Shown here piece by piece: positions 45,804 through 51,957 of a stretch of DNA of 55,616 nt. The notes below the pieces were generated by a model. The model did not search any database, had not been told where the DNA came from, and was given only the letters and a program-made list of their open reading frames with translations. Each line of letters starts with the position of its first letter. The stretch's first letter is position 1. The DNA comes from Syntrophus aciditrophicus (lineage in GTDB: Bacteria; Desulfobacterota; Syntrophia; Syntrophales; UBA5619): contig DYTH01000002.1 of assembly GCA_020726025.1 (NCBI GenBank), positions 1 to 55,616 of the forward strand, in the 5' to 3' direction. The translations under genes and the position numbers were made by a program.

Positions 45804-46343
45804 TTATCTCTTGCCGGCCCCTTCCCGGAGCTGTACAAGGTGTTTTTCACGTATCCGGGAAAGCATCCCGATTGTTTCTGCCGCCGCGTAGTCAGGGTAT
45901 GTCCAGGGGAGAATCGTAAAGCCGCCCTTCTGGTATATAAGCGTCAAATCGGCGTAAATTCCATCGCGCAGATAGGGCCGATGCGCGTACCCCTTCCCGG
46001 TTGCCAGGATCAGATGGGCGGCGGAGAGATAGCCCGGATCGATATTGACCCGCCTTATCCCCGGGGTTGCCAGATCAGCTTCCAGCGCGTTTGTCCACAA
46101 CTTCACGTCGGGCAGCTCTTCGGCGCCGATGAGCCGTTCAAAAGAAAGGAAACGCCGCAGCAGTCCCTCTCCGAATTCCCTCTTGTAATAACCGGTATAG
46201 GAAAAAGCCAGCGGGGCGCTGATGTAGTCTGCCATGCCGTACTTTTCCGACATCGCCCTGATCGCCACTTCGATCAGCCCGGCATCGGCGGAAAAGATGC
46301 TCGCAAACAGCTTGACGTCCGGCGGCCGCTGCGGGACACTCAT
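45804..46343 (-). CDS. DUF4416-family protein (function unknown)
   Basis: 179 aa. KLFASIFS...YTGYYKREFGEGLLRRFLSF resembles DUF4416 as I remember it. It has a 4-nt ATGA overlap with the hldE stop. Confidence 0.6.
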   Translation of the reverse strand: MSVPQRPPDVKLFASIFSADAGLIEVAIRAMSEKYGMADYISAPLAFSYTGYYKREFGEGLLRRFLSFERLIGAEELPDVKLWTNALEADLATPGIRRVNIDPGYLSAAHLILATGKGYAHRPYLRDGIYADLTLIYQKGGFTILPWTYPDYAAAETIGMLSRIREKHLVQLREGAGKR

Positions 46344-47362
46344 AGCGCGCTTATCAGCTCCTGCGTCGTTACTGTCGCGGTGCCGATTTTTCCTACGGCA
46401 ATTCCGGCGGCAAGGTTGGCCAGACAGGCCGCCTCCCGGAAAGAGGCACCGGCTGCCAGAGCGAGCGCGAGAATGCCGATTACCGTGTCTCCGGCGCCGG
46501 TCACATCAAAGACCTCCCGCGCCTGCGCAGGAAACTCGGTGCGTCGTATCTCTTCTTTTTTGTCCATGCCGGACCCCGTTTTTTCGAACAGACTCATCCC
46601 CTCTTCCCCCCGTGTCATCAAGAGGGCCCTGAAGCCGTTTTTTTTCATAATCCTGAGCCCCGCGCGGATGTGCGCATCCGGGGCGGACATCTCCTCATCC
46701 GCGGCGATGCCGGCTTCATGGTGATTGGGAGTCAGGATGTCAAAACCTTCGTAAAAGGAAAAGTCCCTCTGCTTGGGATCGACACAGGTGACAATGTTCC
46801 GCCCGGCGATGATCTTCCTGAGACAATCGAGAAGTGGCTGAACTACGACCCCCTTGCTGTAGTCGGAGATGACGATCGCGCCCAGCCCGTCGCGCAGCGA
46901 TTCAACAAAATCCGCGATAGCGCGAATGGACTTTTCCGAGATCATCCGGCGATCCTCCCGGTCAAACCGGACCATCTGCTGCCCGTGCGCGACGATCCGC
47001 GTCTTGAGGGTGGTTGGACGCTCCGCCTCGACAATGACTCCTTTTGCATCCATACCCCGATTATGCAAATCATCCAGCAGGCGTCTGCCGGTATCATCAG
47101 AGCCGATCACCCCGGTCAGTTCAACCTTCCCGCCCATTGCAACTATATTATTGAAAACATTGGCGCATCCGCCGAGCATGAAGCTCTCTTTTTTTACCTC
47201 TACAACCGGCACCGGCGCCTCGGGAGAGATTCTCGAAACACTCCCCCAGATGAAATGGTCGGCCATGATGTCCCCGATCACCAGAACCCGGGAAAAGGGA
47301 AACTTTTCAATAATCTCTACCGCCCGTTTGCCGGTTATGCCCTGTCTCATCGCCATTTTCAT
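46340..47362 (-). CDS. hldE: D-glycero-beta-D-manno-heptose-7-phosphate kinase (RfaE/HldE domain I only, PfkB family)
   Basis: 340 aa ribokinase-like, with VIGDIMADHFIWG, DVTGAGDTV and GTATVT motifs. No adenylyltransferase domain is fused. Confidence 0.8.
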   Translation of the reverse strand: MKMAMRQGITGKRAVEIIEKFPFSRVLVIGDIMADHFIWGSVSRISPEAPVPVVEVKKESFMLGGCANVFNNIVAMGGKVELTGVIGSDDTGRRLLDDLHNRGMDAKGVIVEAERPTTLKTRIVAHGQQMVRFDREDRRMISEKSIRAIADFVESLRDGLGAIVISDYSKGVVVQPLLDCLRKIIAGRNIVTCVDPKQRDFSFYEGFDILTPNHHEAGIAADEEMSAPDAHIRAGLRIMKKNGFRALLMTRGEEGMSLFEKTGSGMDKKEEIRRTEFPAQAREVFDVTGAGDTVIGILALALAAGASFREAACLANLAAGIAVGKIGTATVTTQELISAL

Positions 47363-47468
47363 GTTTCCCGGTTAAAATCCATGCATCCACGCTGAAAGCG
47401 AAGCTTCATGTTCATCAAACGAATTTTCATGGCGGCAAAGCCGCCATTTCAGTATTTAAAACTTGGTG

Positions 47469-47497
47469 TTTCTATTAGGAAGGGAGGATTTTGTCAA
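47469..47497 (-). promoter_or_regulatory. Candidate promoter of the hldE...pilC string
   Basis: Minus-sense TTGACA (47492-47497), a 17-nt spacer, TAGAAA (47469-47474). The roughly 100-nt leader contains the perfect hairpin ATGGCGGC-TTT-GCCGCCAT. Confidence 0.35.
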
Positions 47498-47569
47498 TCA
47501 TTTTCTAAGGCTGGTTCGCTTATTGACACAGACAAGAAAGCGTGTTAAAGGGGCGCGTCTTGATGGCAA

Positions 47570-47646
47570 GCCCCTGTAGCTCAGAAGGATAGAGCGTCGG
47601 ATTCCTAATCCGCAGGCCCCGCGTTCGAATCGCGGCAGGGGCACCA
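47570..47646 (+). tRNA. tRNA-Arg (anticodon CCT)
   Basis: Hand-folded: GCCCCTG acceptor, anticodon loop TTCCTAA (one 27:43 mismatch in the stem), T-arm CCGCG-TTCGAAT-CGCGG, encoded CCA. Confidence 0.85.
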
Positions 47647-47670
47647 GCATCAGCGTAAAGAGTCTTCCTT

Positions 47671-50190
47671 CTATCGAAGTTCCGCCGTCTTTTGAAGAAT
47701 AAAGATCACGTCGGCAGAGTCGATTTTCCCCGTCTTGTCCGGATCGGCAGCTATATTGATCTTCTGGCCCGTCAAGTCCATCCTTGTAAGCAGTTGCAGA
47801 CCAAGCACGGCATCCGCCATGTTTACCTTTTCATCGCCGTTGATATCCCCGGCTTTGACGATAAGCAGAGACGCCCCGGAAAGATCGATTCCGAGAAGTC
47901 CGGCAACCGTCGCGGGGGCAGCATCCGCCGCCGGGCAACTGACGCTCAGCGTGAATTTGTCGGTGTCCGGATGCCCAGGGTCATCGACGTAATAAGGGTA
48001 CCTCATCGTGCCGTCTTCCGAGACAAGGGCAGCCCTCAGCCGATAGAGACCCCGCGTGTACGTTTGGTCAATTACGCCATTTGTCTCCAACGAAACCACC
48101 GTATCGTCGGAGGCGCCGACTACCGAGGTAAAAAATCCCTGCCCCGAATAACCTGCGGTATTCCCCTGAATGGTGCAGGCGCCGTCGAGAATCACCGGAT
48201 GAAGATAAACATCATCCTGATCGGCAAATGCGCCGTTCAGCACAAACGACCGACCGTAGGACGTGTCGCTGTTGTCCGTCATGACGATGAAGGACCTCTG
48301 CGCGCTCTGTCCATTGGCAGTGGCCGTCACCACAATCCGGCTTGCGATCTTCGCATGTTCTGTCGGCGTCAGTTCGAGAATATTTTCCTTCAAAACAGCG
48401 CTCACGGCAAGCGGGTTGCTGTTATCAACCGACAACGCAAGGGCATCTCCGTTTTCATCCCGTGCGTCAATCAGTATCCGCTTTGTTTCAGGCGATACAG
48501 TATTAAGAATCATATCCGGCAATTCCGGATTCTCTATAACCGGCGCTCTTTCAAGGAGCGCGTCAACCGCGCCGACTTCTTCGGTGGTCATGGCCTGCGT
48601 TGTCAGCGTAACATTGTACGCATTGAAGCCATCAGCCGGGCTGTAACATTGACGGTCATTGCACAAAGAGACCCGCACCTGGTATTTCCCCTCGGGCAGA
48701 TCTCCCACGGCGTATGTCTTGCTCGCGCTGTTTTCTTCGTTGGGATCCGTCAGGGCAAAAACCGTCTTGCCATCGAGCAGATTGACGAACGAAACATAAA
48801 AGCCAACATTGCTGTAGCCCCTCGTTGCACTGAAGGACGTAGCGCCTTTCAGATAAAATGCGTAGATGTCTTCATCCTTCTCCCCGTCAAAATCACCCTC
48901 CATCTTGAGATCGGTCGGCGTGTCGTCGGCTTCGAGGTTCACAAAGCAATCGTTGCCGGGCGTGCAGGGTTTGATATTGCAGTACAGGGTAAGCTCGCCT
49001 GCCCGTGTGTCGAAACCGTACTCCTCCGCTCCGGCAGGCACCGGCTGCCGATCGAGAAAATAGAAATCGTCAACGCGGCCTCCCCATCCCATGTTGAGAT
49101 GGGCCTTCAGACCTGTGTCGTCGTCCGAATAACCGTCGGCCGCCACCATGTGCCCGCCGCCCGAGGGGGTGAGATAATCATCAAGCTTCACCGTGGTGGA
49201 AAAGGCCAGAAGAAGCGGCCGTCCGGCATCGATATCGTTTTTTAGCGCCGATTTGAATGTTTCATAATTTGTGTTGTCAATCTTTGCCAGCGCAGTGGAA
49301 TAACCGAAATGCTTCAGCAGGTTATCCGGCGAAAAGGATGCCGCCGAATCGTTCAGCCCGAAACTGGTGCTGTTGGCCACGCCCAGATCGCGCAAAAGCA
49401 GCGCGACCTCGTCTGCCTGATACTCCGGCGTTGCCTGATCCAGTCTATCGGGCATGTTGCCCCAATTGTAGCTGTGATAAAAAATGGATTTCAATCGGGC
49501 AATAAGGGTGGGAGGATTGGCGCTGTAATCATTCCAGTCGTACGAAAAGACACCCTGTCCGGAGGCAGGATGCCTGTGATGCCGCATGATCTGCCCCAAT
49601 GCCACATTCACGCAGCCGACCAGAACGTTTTTTCCGTCAATTTCGGGGAGAAACTTGTTGTAGGGCCAGGGCTGATCCCAATGAGCCGTAATCAGGGGAT
49701 TGACGACCGCCAGAGGCTGCCGCCGGACATCGAGACGCAAAAGAAAATCCCATCGTGCGGCCGCTTCAGATATCTGCTCCGACTGGAGAACCCTGTCGGC
49801 AACCGGCAGGCCGACAACCCGGACACGAAGCTCCAATTCGTCAAGCAGCGCTTTTCGGTACGGATCGGGAAGGACCGCAAAATCGTCAGTCAGCGAGTAT
49901 GCCTTGACAGGCGAGATGGATCGGTCGGTGGAAACGAGGAGATAGCCGCCGCCTTCCAGGTGAAAGAGGTGGGCAACACGAACGGGCGCAGCCGCCGGAT
50001 CGACTGCGTTTCTTTCCAGAATCTCTTCGGAGAGAACCTTTTTTTCGCTTCCAAGAAATCGAAGAAAGTTTAAGGCAACCGTCTCTTGTTCACCAGCGGC
50101 ATAAAGCAAAGCAGGGGCGGACAATAAAAGAAACAGCCACAACACCATCGCAAAGATTTTCAGACTGCCATCATAACGTCTTGCCATCAT
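47671..50190 (-). CDS. Secreted multidomain cysteine peptidase, family C10 (streptopain-like), with an I69-like propeptide, PPC-like modules and a C-terminal dockerin
   Basis: Start taken at the ATG at 50190 (MMARRYDGSLKIFAMVLWLFLLLSAPALLYAAGE signal peptide). Propeptide-like GGGYLLVSTDRSISPVKAYS. Catalytic Cys in LVGCVNVALGQIM (codon 49612-49614). Catalytic His in GGGHMVAADGY (codon 49150-49152). Also NMGWGG. Two DxDxY-type PPC-like segments. Dockerin Ca-loops DINGDEKVNMAD and DPDKTGKIDSAD at about 47710-47850. Confidence 0.8.
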   Translation of the reverse strand: MMARRYDGSLKIFAMVLWLFLLLSAPALLYAAGEQETVALNFLRFLGSEKKVLSEEILERNAVDPAAAPVRVAHLFHLEGGGYLLVSTDRSISPVKAYSLTDDFAVLPDPYRKALLDELELRVRVVGLPVADRVLQSEQISEAAARWDFLLRLDVRRQPLAVVNPLITAHWDQPWPYNKFLPEIDGKNVLVGCVNVALGQIMRHHRHPASGQGVFSYDWNDYSANPPTLIARLKSIFYHSYNWGNMPDRLDQATPEYQADEVALLLRDLGVANSTSFGLNDSAASFSPDNLLKHFGYSTALAKIDNTNYETFKSALKNDIDAGRPLLLAFSTTVKLDDYLTPSGGGHMVAADGYSDDDTGLKAHLNMGWGGRVDDFYFLDRQPVPAGAEEYGFDTRAGELTLYCNIKPCTPGNDCFVNLEADDTPTDLKMEGDFDGEKDEDIYAFYLKGATSFSATRGYSNVGFYVSFVNLLDGKTVFALTDPNEENSASKTYAVGDLPEGKYQVRVSLCNDRQCYSPADGFNAYNVTLTTQAMTTEEVGAVDALLERAPVIENPELPDMILNTVSPETKRILIDARDENGDALALSVDNSNPLAVSAVLKENILELTPTEHAKIASRIVVTATANGQSAQRSFIVMTDNSDTSYGRSFVLNGAFADQDDVYLHPVILDGACTIQGNTAGYSGQGFFTSVVGASDDTVVSLETNGVIDQTYTRGLYRLRAALVSEDGTMRYPYYVDDPGHPDTDKFTLSVSCPAADAAPATVAGLLGIDLSGASLLIVKAGDINGDEKVNMADAVLGLQLLTRMDLTGQKINIAADPDKTGKIDSADVIFILQKTAELR

Positions 50191-50216
50191 AGCTTGTTCA
50201 TCTTTTCGTCTTCCGC

Positions 50217-50723
50217 TCAATCCGGTTTTCGCGACCAGAAGGTCTCGACCAGCCCCACTTTCCACAACCCCTTTTCCCTGGACATTTTCAGGATCGCCGG
50301 GTTGGCGGCCTTTTTGTAGAGAAGGCGTATCTCCGCCCGATCATTTTTCAGCACGCCCATGCTCCAGGCGCTCTCGCTGAGCGCCTTCTCCGGATCAAAA
50401 ACGTCAAGGAATCCATTCCAGTAAAAGGTGGAAACAGGCCCTCCCCGGTCAAAGTCCGCGGATAACTCCTGAAGGGATCGTCTGACCCCCGTTTTTGCAA
50501 GGCTTTTGCGCGTATCCTTCACGATGGTCTCCCGGGATTTTTCCGTCAGGAGCCCCCATGCCGACGTAAAATCACGCGCCTTGAGTTTCATGAAGAAGCC
50601 TTCCGCGGCATCAAGGACGCCATCGGCTTGTCCTTCATCCATCCCGGCAAAAACCGGCAGTTTCGAAAACGAAAATACCAGACAGACGATCAGGAGAACA
50701 ACTGCTCTATTGTTTTTAACCAT
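50217..50723 (-). CDS. Small exported protein of unknown family
   Basis: 168 aa from the ATG at 50723: MVKNNRAVVLLIVCLVFSFSKLPVFAG looks like a Sec signal peptide. An alternative ATG at 50852 would add 43 Arg/His/Trp-rich residues. The stop is 26 nt before the peptidase start. Confidence 0.6.
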   Translation of the reverse strand: MVKNNRAVVLLIVCLVFSFSKLPVFAGMDEGQADGVLDAAEGFFMKLKARDFTSAWGLLTEKSRETIVKDTRKSLAKTGVRRSLQELSADFDRGGPVSTFYWNGFLDVFDPEKALSESAWSMGVLKNDRAEIRLLYKKAANPAILKMSREKGLWKVGLVETFWSRKPD

Positions 50724-50856
50724 GCGATCCACAAAAGACGTCCAGTCATGCAAACAGGCAATGGCCGGTGCAGTTGCTGCAAACCTGACCGGCCATCGAA
50801 AATAAAGCGGCGGATGCGAGCTGGAGCGATGCTTGCGCGCGATCCAGCCCATAATC

Positions 50857-51726
50857 TTACGGGCTCACATGGGAAACGGTCGAATAGACGCTGTTGCCAT
50901 GATGGACCGTCGTGACGATGACATTGGCGCCGGGATGTCTGGCCGTGAGTATGGCCTTTATGGACGCTACCAAATTATCCGCCTGCTCGGCGGCCGTGCC
51001 GGAGGCAGCCTTGGTGATAACGCTGGATACTGCGTCCAGAGCCGCTGCATTGACTTCGCCATTCGTAACCACCGCGGCATACATAGACTGCACGGCCCCA
51101 AGCTGCTCGTCTCGGGTTGCAAAGTGGTTATAAAGAACCCGCAATGCTGCACCCTCATCACCTGTCCCATAATTTCTGAGGTAATCCAAGAATGATGAAT
51201 ACGAAGCACTAGGAGTTCTTACAACTTGGGACAGACGCGCCCCGCCGACTTCACTTGCAGGGTAAATTCCGGCTGCGGCCATGGCCAAATTCGTCCGCCC
51301 CACGGTGCCCAGCATCGTATTGGCGTCTGCCAGAGTAGACAGCGCGGCTGTATCCAGGGTACCCATCGCACTCGCCACGGTAGATGCTATAACCGGATAC
51401 TCTTTAGCCAAAGCTGTGCCTGCGGCCGATGCGGGCGATGCGGCGGCAACAGCCGTGTCGGAACCACCGCTCGCGGCGACGGCCAGTGCGGCAGCCGCGG
51501 CAACAGCCACACCCGCGGCAATTGTGCCCGTCGTTACGCCAGCCACCGTTCCCGCCCCGGCTGCGGCGCCTGCCGAGGAAGCGCCCGCGCCGACGGCGCC
51601 CGCTGCCTCAGCCGCGATTGCCTTTGTTGCAAGCAAAGGGCAAAGAGAAAGATTGACAAGAAAGACAGCAAGAACTGTCAGACTCACCCCGCCTGAAACC
51701 CTTATTTTCAAAACATCATTTTTCAT
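50857..51726 (-). CDS. Ala/Gly-rich exported or membrane-anchored protein of unknown family
   Basis: ATG at 51726 lies 5 nt after AGGAGG. Hydrophobic N-terminus, then a roughly 70-aa A/G/S/T/V low-complexity tract (about 51412-51624), then a roughly 180-aa non-repetitive C-terminal domain. Confidence 0.65.
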   Translation of the reverse strand: MKNDVLKIRVSGGVSLTVLAVFLVNLSLCPLLATKAIAAEAAGAVGAGASSAGAAAGAGTVAGVTTGTIAAGVAVAAAAALAVAASGGSDTAVAAASPASAAGTALAKEYPVIASTVASAMGTLDTAALSTLADANTMLGTVGRTNLAMAAAGIYPASEVGGARLSQVVRTPSASYSSFLDYLRNYGTGDEGAALRVLYNHFATRDEQLGAVQSMYAAVVTNGEVNAAALDAVSSVITKAASGTAAEQADNLVASIKAILTARHPGANVIVTTVHHGNSVYSTVSHVSP

Positions 51727-51790
51727 CACTGCCTCCTGTAAAAGTAAGACCGTCTCCGTTATTTAATGCAGGGCACACATTCATAATGTA

Positions 51791-51938
51791 AAATATTTAG
51801 TAACTATTCAGCATGATAATAAAATCTGTCATTCCCGAGGTTGTAATCGGGAATATGGCGCCGGTTTTAAAACCATATCCCCGATAGAAGCATTCGGGGA
51901 TGACAATCTTTTTTAAGTGCTGAATAGTTACAATATTT
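51791..51938. repeat. 148-bp imperfect palindrome (MITE-like or long hairpin)
   Basis: Arms pair around a centre at about 51865: AAATATTTAGTAACTATTCAGCA (51791-51813) with TGCTGAATAGTTACAATATTT (51918-51938), TGTCATTCCCGA (51827-51838) with TCGGGGATGACA (51894-51905), and CGGGAATATGG (51848-51858) with CCATATCCCCG (51873-51883). Confidence 0.8.
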
Positions 51939-51957
51939 AATCATAGCCAATTTAATC

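Noticed and set aside
47692-49245. 517-aa + strand ORF antisense to the C10 peptidase gene
   Set aside because: The minus-strand frame carries the signal peptide, the C10 Cys/His motifs and the dockerin loops. The + ORF has no motifs and has shadow-ORF composition.
51226-51766. + strand Ala/Pro/Arg-rich ORFs (156, 161, 75 aa) across the GC-rich tract
   Set aside because: GCN-rich DNA is open in several frames. Only the minus-strand frame has an AGGAGG-ATG start, an N-terminal hydrophobic segment and a long non-repetitive C-terminal domain, and it matches the orientation of all neighbours.
47570-51940. tRNA-Arg-flanked genomic island
   Set aside because: There is no integrase or recombinase gene. 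I found no direct repeat of the tRNA-Arg 3' half by eye in 47.6-55.6 kb, and no obvious compositional break. I kept it only as a weak contextual note in the findings.
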